From contig OY969811.1 in assembly GCA_963703315.1 (NCBI GenBank), forward strand, positions 3,168,001-3,232,000: 64,000 nt of DNA. The letters run 5' to 3'. A program made the position numbers and the translations under genes. Below, one piece after another: positions 50,028 to 59,055 of the stretch (its first letter is position 1; each line of letters opens with the position of its first letter). The notes beneath the pieces were generated by a model. That model was not told the DNA's origin. It saw only the letters and a list, made by a program, of their open reading frames with translations, and did no database searches. The DNA comes from an uncultured cyanobacterium (GTDB lineage: Bacteria > Cyanobacteriota > Cyanobacteriia > Pseudanabaenales > Pseudanabaenaceae).

Positions 50028-51872
50028 CTATTTGTAACCTGCTGCTTGTAGCGAGAATAAATGAGCATAGCGCCCATCAGCTTCTAACAACTGTTCATGA
50101 CTACCTTGCTCAATGATTTGACCATCTGCCATGACGATGATTTTGTCTGCCATGCGTACCGTTGAGAATCGATGGGAAATTAACACCACCATCTGATCCT
50201 GTGTGAGCGCACGGAAATGATTGAAGATATTCATCTCCGCTTCTGCATCCATTGCCGCCGTTGGTTCATCTAATACAAGAATGTCAGCTTGCGATCGCAT
50301 AAAAGCCCGTGACAAAGCAATCTTTTGCCATTGTCCACCCGATAGCTCTTGACCACCCTTAAACCATTTGCCAAGTTGAGTACTAAATCCCTGTGGCATA
50401 TTGTTAATAAAGGGTTTTGCCATTCCTTTTTCCGTAGCAACTTCCCATTCTTGAGATTCATTTAGCCGTTCCACATCACCGACACCGACATTCTCTCCCA
50501 CCGTAAATTGATACTGCACAAAGTTCTGAAAAATTACGCCGATCCTTCTTCGTAATACATCAAGACCCCAATCATTTAAGTCCACACCATCCAGCAAAAT
50601 TCTGCCACTGCTGGGGGTATATAACCGCGTTAATAGTTTGATTAAGGTAGTTTTGCCAGAACCATTTTCACCAACGATCGCCAGTTTTTCGCCATGTTCT
50701 AAATGCAGTGAAATATCCTTTAAGACTGGTTCTTGGCTTTCTGGATAGCAAAAGGAAACATTCTCAAAGCGAATACCATCATGTGTAATTCCTTTCGTGA
50801 TTTTGCCTTGAGATTTAGGAATCGGTTGATCGAGAAATTCGTAGAGATTCGCCAAATACAAATTATCTTCATACATCCCACCGATGGAAGTTAGTGCCGC
50901 CGCAAATGTTGACTGACCTTGACGGAATACGACTAGATACATCGTCATTTCGCCTAAGCTGATTTTGCCAGCGATCGCCTCAATCACAATCCATGCATAA
51001 GCAGCATAAAAGGCTCCTGTACTCAGTAATCCCAGTAAGTAGCCCCACACTCCTTTTTGAATCGTGAGATTCCGATCTTCGTCAAATAGGCGATCAAAAA
51101 TATCACGATAACGCTTTAACAGCATTTCCCCTAATTGATAAAGCTGGACTTCCTTCGCATAGTCTTCTCGCGCTAATAAAGTCTCTAAATAATGTTGCTG
51201 ACGAGTTTCAGGCGATCGCCATTTAAACAATCGGAATGAATGTTCTGAAAATCTAGTTTCAGCAATAAAAGAAGGAATTGCGGCACATATTAGAACAATT
51301 ACCGCCCAAGCCGAATATTGCAATAACAGACCGCTAAAGGTTAACAGAGTCAGCGCCGATTGTCCTAAACCAAAGATGCGACTGATTAGTGACAAAGGAC
51401 GACTGGAAGCTTGCGATCGCGCCTGTGTCATCTTGTCGTAAAATTCTGAATCCTCGAAATGCGCCAGATCTAAGGTGAGCGCTTTTTCTAAAATCAAGAC
51501 ATTGACTCTTTGTCCTAATAGAACTCGTAGTAGTGATTGAGATACATTCAGTCCCTTTTGCGCCAACCCTAAAATCACAATCAAGATCGCCTCAAGTCCT
51601 ACATAACTTAGCGCCAAGTTACGATCGCCGATTAAACCACTCCGCGAAGCCAACACCACACCATCAACAATTAACTTGCCCACGTAGGCGATCGCCGCAG
51701 GTAGTAAGCCACTCATCAGGGTGAAGACCGCGATCGCGATCGTCAAAATCTTGCTAGTCGTCCAAACTAATCCTAATGCTTTGAACCCATAACGAAATAT
51801 TGTCAAAGACTTGCGTAATGTCTTTTTGACGGATTTACGTCCCTTTGCTTCACTTTTTTTCTTGCTTGCCAT
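50028..51872 (-). CDS. ABC exporter, fused TMD and ATP-binding domains
   Basis: GENGSGKT, LSGGQWQK, LVLDEPT and ISHR motifs; six TM segments. Confidence 0.92.
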   Translation of the reverse strand: MASKKKSEAKGRKSVKKTLRKSLTIFRYGFKALGLVWTTSKILTIAIAVFTLMSGLLPAAIAYVGKLIVDGVVLASRSGLIGDRNLALSYVGLEAILIVILGLAQKGLNVSQSLLRVLLGQRVNVLILEKALTLDLAHFEDSEFYDKMTQARSQASSRPLSLISRIFGLGQSALTLLTFSGLLLQYSAWAVIVLICAAIPSFIAETRFSEHSFRLFKWRSPETRQQHYLETLLAREDYAKEVQLYQLGEMLLKRYRDIFDRLFDEDRNLTIQKGVWGYLLGLLSTGAFYAAYAWIVIEAIAGKISLGEMTMYLVVFRQGQSTFAAALTSIGGMYEDNLYLANLYEFLDQPIPKSQGKITKGITHDGIRFENVSFCYPESQEPVLKDISLHLEHGEKLAIVGENGSGKTTLIKLLTRLYTPSSGRILLDGVDLNDWGLDVLRRRIGVIFQNFVQYQFTVGENVGVGDVERLNESQEWEVATEKGMAKPFINNMPQGFSTQLGKWFKGGQELSGGQWQKIALSRAFMRSQADILVLDEPTAAMDAEAEMNIFNHFRALTQDQMVVLISHRFSTVRMADKIIVMADGQIIEQGSHEQLLEADGRYAHLFSLQAAGYK

Positions 51873-51949
51873 AATTATCTATTTTATAGCAGTAGACATT
51901 CATAATGCAGAGAGTGGCGGCGCGAAGCACCGCCACTCTCTGCTAGGTT

Positions 51950-52420
51950 TCATAGCCTCAGCGATCGCCTGATATATCGCCAATAAGCCTGTATCGGAAA
52001 CTGCGTGTAGTCGCGAGTAATTGCTAACAGCACAACTAAATGACCACAAAATGTGGCGATCGCCCAAAACTTGGGAAACCATGCTAGAGGTACATCAGGT
52101 TCAACGGGAAAAAGATAAACAGCCAAAGTCATGATCGCCGTTGGCACAATTACTAACAAAATCCCCAGCACACTTAACCAACGACTCGTATACACTTGCA
52201 CCGCATTTGCATTTTCCCAACCTTTGCCAGTCCAGACCCAGCGCAATGTGGAGATTGTATCCGCCATTTTCAGGACTTGCCGCATGGAATTAGGCTCTTT
52301 TTCCACCACAAAAATATGATTGCAAAAGTTGCAAGCAAGGGATTCCATCATCGGCATCTCGGCGATCGCTCCACGCATACAGACAGGACAAGGGGAAGTT
52401 AGCGATCGTGAATAATTCAT
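51950..52420 (-). CDS. Hypothetical membrane protein with N-terminal Zn-ribbon (CxxC...CxxC)
   Basis: CPVC and CNFC plus two TM helices. Start moved to MNYSRS because the track's upstream extension lies in a hairpin. Confidence 0.65.
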   Translation of the reverse strand: MNYSRSLTSPCPVCMRGAIAEMPMMESLACNFCNHIFVVEKEPNSMRQVLKMADTISTLRWVWTGKGWENANAVQVYTSRWLSVLGILLVIVPTAIMTLAVYLFPVEPDVPLAWFPKFWAIATFCGHLVVLLAITRDYTQFPIQAYWRYIRRSLRL

Positions 52421-52445
52421 GACATTTATTAATATTTTCATGGAA

Positions 52446-52492
52446 TTGTAGCAATTGTCATTTTGCCGTAGGCAAAATGACAATTGCTACAA
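52446..52492. repeat. Perfect palindrome in divergent intergenic region
   Basis: TTGTAGCAATTGTCATTTTGCC-GTA-GGCAAAATGACAATTGCTACAA. Confidence 0.75.
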
Positions 52493-52588
52493 CTGAACTT
52501 GTATCTGATGATTTTAAGCATTTTGCCTGTCTCATCTCTTGTAACATTTCTGTTATGCTCGTAAAACATATGTCTGTAGAAATTATTC

Positions 52589-52634
52589 TGTAGCTTTAAC
52601 TACATTTTCTTTGATTTTTTGGGTTTTTTATAAT
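52589..52634 (+). promoter_or_regulatory. Candidate NtcA-type site with downstream -10 box
   Basis: TGTAGCTTTAACTACA (GTA-N8-TAC at 52590-52603); TATAAT at 52629-52634, 25 nt downstream, slightly longer than canonical. Confidence 0.45.
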
Positions 52635-52656
52635 TTTTTATAAGGATAACTTTAAG

Positions 52657-53199
52657 ATGACTCATTTTCCCATTGTTGAATATGATCAAGTAACTGACCC
52701 TAAAGTGAAAGAGGTCTATGATCAAATTTTGTCAGAACTCGGATTTGGAATTATCCCTAATATTTTCAAATCTATGGCAATTAATCCCAATATCCTCGAA
52801 GCGAATTGGAAAAAATTTCGTTCAACCATTCTTCAGGGGGATGTACCACGCACGCTCAAAGAAATGGTCGGAGTTGCCATTTCACAATCAAACAATAGTG
52901 TCTATGCTCTCAAAGTACATTTACATGGTCTATCTGCTTTGGGAATGAGCGAAGAGGTTCTATCTACTTTAGTTTCCAATTTTGATGCTTGTCCTTTACC
53001 AGAGCGCGAGAAGGCGGTAATTCAATTTGGATTACTAGCAGGAACAAATCCCCTTGCCATCAATGACTCTCATTATCAAAAATTACAATCTTTCGGCTTA
53101 GATGACTCCGAGATTTTTGAAATTGTCGCGGCAGCAGATTTATTCTCTAGTGTGAATCGCTATACCGATGCAATTAACCTCGAAATTGATGCGTTGTAG
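52657..53199 (+). CDS. AhpD/carboxymuconolactone-decarboxylase-fold protein lacking CxxC
   Basis: G.IPNIFKSMA.NP and LKEMVGVAISQSNNSVYALKVH (normally NxCxYCxxxH); EREKAVI and GLDDSEIFE. Confidence 0.8.
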   Translation: MTHFPIVEYDQVTDPKVKEVYDQILSELGFGIIPNIFKSMAINPNILEANWKKFRSTILQGDVPRTLKEMVGVAISQSNNSVYALKVHLHGLSALGMSEEVLSTLVSNFDACPLPEREKAVIQFGLLAGTNPLAINDSHYQKLQSFGLDDSEIFEIVAAADLFSSVNRYTDAINLEIDAL

Positions 53200-53248
53200 T
53201 CGAAGATTGTTTCCCTGCCGAAGGCAGGGAAACAATCTTTTATAAAAT

Positions 53249-54508
53249 GTGGATACGCAGTATATATTAATGAACTCTTTATCCAACTCCTCCGACAAAA
53301 AAGAATTTGATAGTCTAGATCGAGAAGAATTGCTATTAACGGCGCAAAGACTTTTAGCAGAAGCTCAAGCTCTATCAGTGAGAATTGCGGCTGTTAATGA
53401 AATTGCCACAGCTATTAATCGAACTCTGAATCTTGATGAAATATTGCGAGTCATCGGCAAACAAGCTAAGTGGCTCCTAGATTTTGAACATCTGAGTGTC
53501 TATCTTCTCAAAAATGATTCGGGAAGATTTGTGAAACTAATTGGCACTCCAGTGGAGTTTGACGAATCAGTAATTTCTAATAGTAGTAGCTTCCATAAAG
53601 CTTTAAAAACTGGGCAATCGCAGCTTATTAAAGAAGCCACACCTAACGAATTTCTTAGTCAATATACTTCCCAAATCATTTTAGCCCTTGAGAATTCTAA
53701 GCAAATTCTTGGGGTAATTATTTTTGGGTCTACCAAACTACAGGCTTATAATCAAGAAGACCTAAGAATTGCCTATTTGTTAGCATTACAGCTATCTTCA
53801 GCGATTCGCAATGCCAACTCTTTTGAAGATCTCAACTTACTTAACATAGAAATTGAGAGAGAAAAACAAAAATCTGATCGATTATTATTAAATATTCTTC
53901 CTTCCCAAATAGCCGAAGAGATTAAGCAGAACGGTAGAGTTAAGCCCCTATACCATGCATCGGCAACAATCTTGTTTACTGATTTTGAGAACTTTTCGAT
54001 GATATCGAAGTTGATGAATCCTGAAGAACTAGTAGATGAGCTAGATTATTGTTTTTCAGCGTTCGATCAAATTATTGAGCGATATCAGCTAGAGAAGCTC
54101 AAGACAATTGGTGATAGCTATATGTGTTGTGGAGGTATTCCTAAATTTAATCAGACTCATGCGATCGATGTGGTGATTGCGGCTCTAGAGATTCAGAAAT
54201 TTATGGCATTACGCAAGCAGGAAAAAGCTAAACAAAGCCTACCTTATTGGGACACAAGGATTGGGATTCATTCTGGCTCATTATTGAGTGGTGTTATTGG
54301 TAGGAAGAAGTTTGTTTATGACGTGTGGGGAGATACGGTTAATCTCGCATCAAGGATGGAATCATCGGGGGTTGCTGGTGAAATTAATATTTCTCAATCT
54401 ACTTTTGAGTTAGTGAAAGATGTTTTTGATGTGGAGTATCGAGGAAAGATTTTGGCAAAAAACATGGGGAAAGTTGATATGTATCTAGTTAAAGGGATAA
54501 AAGATTAA
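53249..54508 (+). CDS. GAF-domain class III adenylate cyclase
   Basis: GAF region (NEIATAINRTLNLDEIL...YNQED); ILFTDF, KTIGDSYM and DVWGDTVNLASRME with K/D ATP-specifying residues. Confidence 0.9.
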   Translation: MDTQYILMNSLSNSSDKKEFDSLDREELLLTAQRLLAEAQALSVRIAAVNEIATAINRTLNLDEILRVIGKQAKWLLDFEHLSVYLLKNDSGRFVKLIGTPVEFDESVISNSSSFHKALKTGQSQLIKEATPNEFLSQYTSQIILALENSKQILGVIIFGSTKLQAYNQEDLRIAYLLALQLSSAIRNANSFEDLNLLNIEIEREKQKSDRLLLNILPSQIAEEIKQNGRVKPLYHASATILFTDFENFSMISKLMNPEELVDELDYCFSAFDQIIERYQLEKLKTIGDSYMCCGGIPKFNQTHAIDVVIAALEIQKFMALRKQEKAKQSLPYWDTRIGIHSGSLLSGVIGRKKFVYDVWGDTVNLASRMESSGVAGEINISQSTFELVKDVFDVEYRGKILAKNMGKVDMYLVKGIKD

Positions 54509-54520
54509 TATAGGTTCAAG

Positions 54521-54943
54521 GTGTTCTGGAGATATAAAAATATGCGTATTTTAAGAAAATTACCAATTCTTGAACTAGCTTTGGTATTAGTTGGCTATAT
54601 TGCTTACGGCTGGTTGTTATCTGTCCACAAAGCTGATTGGCGGATCTGGATTCCTATTGGGGCGATCGCGTTTGGAATGGAGTGGATTTTCTCAGTAGCA
54701 TGGGCGATCGCGGCAGTAGTATTTGTCTTTCTGAAAAAAGAGCAATTCTTACTATCAATTGGAATTAGCGTTATTTGGGCATTCCTCATCTATGTTGCCA
54801 GAATTGAACTTCGTGCTTTTATGAATAATCGCGGTTGGAACTTTTTTGTATTGGCGTTAATTGCGGGTGCAGGTTTAGGTCTGGGATGGTTTACCGATAC
54901 TTTACCGATGATGCGTACTTTGGGAGAATCATTGATTAAATAG
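54521..54943 (+). CDS. Hypothetical multi-pass membrane protein (start may be ATG 54542)
   Basis: About four hydrophobic segments; normal codon and HIP1 content. Confidence 0.65.
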   Translation: MFWRYKNMRILRKLPILELALVLVGYIAYGWLLSVHKADWRIWIPIGAIAFGMEWIFSVAWAIAAVVFVFLKKEQFLLSIGISVIWAFLIYVARIELRAFMNNRGWNFFVLALIAGAGLGLGWFTDTLPMMRTLGESLIK

Positions 54944-55011
54944 TTTAGAAAACTTTGAAAGCGTGGCTTCGCCACGCTTTCAAAGTTTTTACTTCAAGAC
55001 TCAATCGGCTG

Positions 55012-55133
55012 TAAGTTAGGCTCTTGGAATTAAATGTAGGATGGGTTAGCGATCGCGTAACCCATCATCTTTACCCAATTGATGCGTTACGTTGCACTAA
55101 CGCATCCTACAAATAGTTAAACCTATCTACTTA
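55012..55133. repeat. REPIN-like element within TAAGT...CTACTTA ends
   Basis: Third copy of the family at 37781 and 48641. Confidence 0.8.
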
Positions 55134-55180
55134 TTAGTTTGATTTCACAAAAAAAGAGACGTAAAACGTCTCTTTTGGGC

Positions 55181-55813
55181 TTAGGTAGAAACTTGATTAA
55201 AGCGATTATTCCAGTAAAAGGCGATCGCTAAGTTAATCCACTTAAAGATGTAATAGAGGCTCGTAAAAATAATAAAAAATAAAATCGTACCGAAGAAAAA
55301 ACTGGGGTTGTAGAAATTACTAATTGCTTCACGGATGACTTGTCGAGGCTGCGTAAATACATCCCAACTATTTAGTCGATTTACTCTCCCCCAATACACA
55401 CCGATCGCACAGATGAAATTCATCGCTATCTCTAGCCCAGTCGTATTTTTGACCAGCTTTAGCCAACCTAGATATTGCATGAGCTTCATCATCGAGATAA
55501 CGTAACACTGAAAACCTAACAATAGAAAAATCGTGTATTGCGGAATCAATACAAAAATTACACCGTTAGGGGAAATCTCTAGCGCTCGTGCATTATCCAC
55601 AAAATGAATAATGTCAGTAATTATGTAAGGTGCATTTGGTAAAAATAAGATAAAAACTGCTAAACCGAACCACCAGATCGGATTTTTAGATAATCGCCTT
55701 GGCGATCGCCTAGCAAATAAGATAAAGCTAAGTACGCAAGGAATTATTGCTAAAAATAGATTCCAGCCCATCCATTGAAAATTCCCTACAAAATACTCAA
55801 ATGCTTCTGTCAT
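55181..55813 (-). CDS. DUF1361-family membrane protein
   Basis: WNLFLAIIP, FLPNAPYIITD..H and GR..RLNSWD motifs. Confidence 0.85.
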   Translation of the reverse strand: MTEAFEYFVGNFQWMGWNLFLAIIPCVLSFILFARRSPRRLSKNPIWWFGLAVFILFLPNAPYIITDIIHFVDNARALEISPNGVIFVLIPQYTIFLLLGFQCYVISMMKLMQYLGWLKLVKNTTGLEIAMNFICAIGVYWGRVNRLNSWDVFTQPRQVIREAISNFYNPSFFFGTILFFIIFTSLYYIFKWINLAIAFYWNNRFNQVST

Positions 55814-55945
55814 AATTTCGACTCCGTAGTATGGTGAATAAGTAGCGACGTACTACTTAGGGACTCGCATTAGAATAAAGAATCGATTTTTATGGTGCGG
55901 TGTAGCCACACCACAAAAAACTGGTTTCTTATTGGTTTTTTATGA

Positions 55946-56692
55946 TTGACTTCCATGATAAATAGTTTCCCCATCACACAGGGCTGGTTAATCGCGATCG
56001 CCCTAAATACTGTTCTCGGTGCGATCGCCCTATTTTTACCTCGCAAAGTCTTAACGACGATGGGGATTTATCATGCATGGGCGCTAGGGATTACCATCTG
56101 GGGTTGTTTAGGATGGCAAGGATATGTCGTTATTTTAAGCTATCTCATCGTTGGTTCGGGGGTAACGCGCATTGGCAAAGACATCAAAGAAGCTAAAGGT
56201 ATTGCCGAGAAACGCGATGGCGCAAGAGGTCCTGAAAATCTTTGGGGATCGGCAGCAACAGGTGCTATTTGTGCAATTGGTCAAGCGATCGCGCCTAATC
56301 CTCTATGGTTAATTGCCTATACCGCCAGTCTCAGTACCAAACTCGCTGATACCACTGCTAGTGAAATTGGTAAGGCTTATGGCAAAAGTACGTTTTTAAT
56401 TACCACCCTAAAACCTGTTCCCGCAGGTACTGAGGGCGCAGTCAGTCTTGAAGGCACGATCGCAGGTGTGATTGGTTCATTATTGATTGCGACAATTGGT
56501 TGGGCTGTGGGTTTATTAACTAGCCCTTGGGAGCTACTTTGGTGTGCGATCGCCGCCTTTATTGCGACTAATATCGAAAGTTTGATCGGGGCAACTTTAC
56601 AAGAAAAATATGAATGGCTGACCAATGAACTAGTCAATGGCATTAATACAACTATAGGCGCGGCGATCGCTGTCTTAATTGCGTACTTATAG
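55946..56692 (+). CDS. DUF92/TIGR00297 membrane protein
   Basis: GIAEKRDGARGPENLWGS, LADTTASEIGK, GTEGAVSLEGT and ESLIGATLQ motifs. Confidence 0.9.
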   Translation: MTSMINSFPITQGWLIAIALNTVLGAIALFLPRKVLTTMGIYHAWALGITIWGCLGWQGYVVILSYLIVGSGVTRIGKDIKEAKGIAEKRDGARGPENLWGSAATGAICAIGQAIAPNPLWLIAYTASLSTKLADTTASEIGKAYGKSTFLITTLKPVPAGTEGAVSLEGTIAGVIGSLLIATIGWAVGLLTSPWELLWCAIAAFIATNIESLIGATLQEKYEWLTNELVNGINTTIGAAIAVLIAYL

Positions 56693-56700
56693 CTGTACCA

Positions 56701-56752
56701 AAACCCAAAAGAGAGTTGCGGCGCGAAGCGCCGCAACTCTCTTTTGGGTTTT
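56701..56752. repeat. Palindromic repeat (GAGAGTTGCGGCGC-GAA family)
   Basis: Perfect stem with GCGAAGC at the apex. Confidence 0.75.
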
Positions 56753-56965
56753 ATGTCTTAAACTTGCTTGGCTAATGATGCGTCTGGATATCACTATTAG
56801 AAATCCTTAAGCAGAAATTAACTTAGATTTAACCTCACAAAGTACATCTCAAATCATGATTATTGAACCTATCGCTATCATCATTCTTGTTAGGATACAG
56901 ACGAGTTACGGCGCGAAGCACTGCAACTCGCTTCTTGGTTATTTTGTATAAAGTGGAGTTTAATT

Positions 56966-57334
56966 TTGACTACAATCGATTTGTTTAACAGTTCCAAAGA
57001 TTTTGTCACCATTCCCGCAGGTCAAGCCATCTTTCAAAAAGGGGAAACTGCTAATTATATGTATGCAATCATTGAAGGAGAAGTAGAAATCTCTATAGAT
57101 GGCAAATTGTTAGAGATAACTGGAGTTGGTGGAATTGTTGGCGAAATGGCACTAATTAGCTCAAGTCCCAGAAGTGCAACTGCGATCGCTAAGACAGAAT
57201 GTAAGTTGGTTCCTGTCGATCAAAAGCGGTTTACTTTTTTGGTACAACAAACTCCAAATTTTGCAATTAATGTGATGAAAATTATGGTTGAAAGAATCAG
57301 AAAACTAGACGCTCTTGTACTCGGAATTAAATAA
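56966..57334 (+). CDS. Stand-alone cyclic-nucleotide-binding domain protein
   Basis: IFQKGE, GEVEI and VGEMAL..SPRSATA; TTG start after GGAG. Confidence 0.88.
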   Translation: MTTIDLFNSSKDFVTIPAGQAIFQKGETANYMYAIIEGEVEISIDGKLLEITGVGGIVGEMALISSSPRSATAIAKTECKLVPVDQKRFTFLVQQTPNFAINVMKIMVERIRKLDALVLGIK

Positions 57335-57336
57335 TT

Positions 57337-57423
57337 TAGGACTTACGCAAAATAAATTCCGCATTTCATCGTAGGGGCAATTCATGAATTGCCCCTACAT
57401 TTGGTCATTTTGCCTAAGTCCTA
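57337..57423. repeat. TAGGACTTACGCA...TGCCTAAGTCCTA element carrying a GTAG REP palindrome
   Basis: Internal GTAGGGGCAATTCATGAATTGCCCCTAC at 57371-57398. Confidence 0.75.
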
Positions 57424-57427
57424 ATCT

Positions 57428-58192
57428 TTATGAACCCAAGTAAGCTTCTAAAACCTTGGGATCGGCTTGGATTTCTTTAGGAGAACCATCAGCAAGATTG
57501 TGACCTTCGGCTAAAACCCAGACGCGATCGCACAATGACATAATCACATCCATGTTGTGTTCGATAATCAAAAAGCTCAATCCGTCTTGATTTAACTTGT
57601 GGATAAGGCTACAAATTTCTTCAATCAAGGCAGGATTTACCCCCGCCGCAGGTTCATCTAACAAAATTAATTTAGGGTCAGTCATCAAGGCGCGAGCAAT
57701 TTCTAACAATTTGCGTTGACCACCTGACAGGCAACCCGCATAGTCATCCGCCATTCTGATTAAGCCAACCGACTCAAGAATATGTCTCGCTTTCTCGCGA
57801 TTTTCCCGTTCCTGAGTTGCAATTTTCTGCCCTTGAAACCAAGTATTCCAAAACTTTTCGCCCACTTGATCTTGAGCCGCTAGCAGCATATTTTCTAGTA
57901 CTGATAGTCGCGACAGCACGCGAGGTACTTGAAAGGTACGGATCATACCTAGTTTGGCGATCGCATGGGGTGGCTTGCCTTGAATCGGCATTCCATTAAA
58001 CTGCACCGTCCCGCGATCGGGTTTCAGGAAATTAGACAGCAATCCAAAAAATGTGGTTTTCCCTGCACCATTGGGACCAATTAGCCCTGTGATACTTCCC
58101 GCAGGGACTTCAATCTGGGCATTACTAACGGCATGAATGCCACCAAAGGATTTCGAGATGTTTTCAGCTTTTAGAATGGGGGCGATCGGCAT
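57428..58192 (-). CDS. Branched-chain/neutral amino-acid ABC transporter ATP-binding subunit (LivG/NatA type)
   Basis: GPNGAGKTT, RTFQ, LSGGQRKLLE, DEPAAGVN, IEHNMD and EAYLG motifs. Confidence 0.92.
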   Translation of the reverse strand: MPIAPILKAENISKSFGGIHAVSNAQIEVPAGSITGLIGPNGAGKTTFFGLLSNFLKPDRGTVQFNGMPIQGKPPHAIAKLGMIRTFQVPRVLSRLSVLENMLLAAQDQVGEKFWNTWFQGQKIATQERENREKARHILESVGLIRMADDYAGCLSGGQRKLLEIARALMTDPKLILLDEPAAGVNPALIEEICSLIHKLNQDGLSFLIIEHNMDVIMSLCDRVWVLAEGHNLADGSPKEIQADPKVLEAYLGS

Positions 58193-58220
58193 AGATTTCG
58201 ATAGTTAGCAGTTGGGAATA

Positions 58221-58628
58221 CTAGGCAAATAAGTTAACAAAGTCTGTGGCTTTAGCGATCGCAATATTCTGATGTTGACTAAGTGACAGAAGATGTTTAT
58301 CACCTGTAATTATATGTGTTGCACAACCAGCTACAGCACATTCAATCACCATATCGTCATCAGGATCATTAGGCACGACTTTAAGTGTTCCCGAAATTGT
58401 CACTATCCGCGAAAGTTTCTGTATTTCATTAATAGCAAATTGAGTTTTTTCTTCAGAGAATTTAAATTTTAATAATAGCTTTTCAGCAAATTCATCTAAA
58501 ATTTCTTGGCAGGTAACAGACTCTATTTGTCCAATTTTTGCTAGGGCTAAGGCTCGAAATGGACTTCCAGTTTGTGAGAACAATGCCGAAATTAGGATGT
58601 TTGTGTCAAAAACAACAATATATTTCAT
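58221..58628 (-). CDS. PIN-domain putative toxin
   Basis: VVFDTNILISAL, DPDDDMVIECA and ITGDKHLL motifs. Confidence 0.9.
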   Translation of the reverse strand: MKYIVVFDTNILISALFSQTGSPFRALALAKIGQIESVTCQEILDEFAEKLLLKFKFSEEKTQFAINEIQKLSRIVTISGTLKVVPNDPDDDMVIECAVAGCATHIITGDKHLLSLSQHQNIAIAKATDFVNLFA

Positions 58629-58867
58629 GGAGTTTCATGTAAAACTTCATCAATAAATTCTTCTCTTTCTGCTTCTGACATCTTTTCCCAGTCATATCCT
58701 CTCTCTTTTGCTGCAAGTTTGACTTTATCAGATCCATAGCTAGACAAATCTTGCCATTCTTGCCATTGAGAAATCAATAAAAATCTAAATATCTCTGTTT
58801 TTTGTTCTTGGGGTAGTTGTTTAACAAGTTCTACAACTTGTTCATTACTGAGTGTTATGCTTGGCAT
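58625..58867 (-). CDS. Putative antitoxin partner of the PIN toxin
   Basis: ATGA overlap with the PIN gene; GGAGG RBS before ATG 58867; small acidic protein. Confidence 0.75.
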   Translation of the reverse strand: MPSITLSNEQVVELVKQLPQEQKTEIFRFLLISQWQEWQDLSSYGSDKVKLAAKERGYDWEKMSEAEREEFIDEVLHETP

Positions 58868-58930
58868 CTTTTTATCCTCCAATAAAAATTAAATATTAAG
58901 TTTTCCTGTTAGTAAGTTAGAAGTATAAGA

Positions 58931-59044
58931 TTAGAGCTTTTTCCTACCTATACCTAGTCGAAAGTAATGTATTAAGTCATAAATTTCGGCAAGCTTTTCT
59001 TCTGGGATGTCTTGCAGTTCTTGGACAATCTTCTGAATCAGCAT
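58931..59044 (-). pseudogene. Short or truncated DUF2281-like antitoxin (37 aa)
   Basis: Manual translation: MLIQKIVQELQDIPEEKLAEIYDLIHYFRLGIGRKKL*. Confidence 0.55.
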
Positions 59045-59055
59045 AAGTCAACTTC

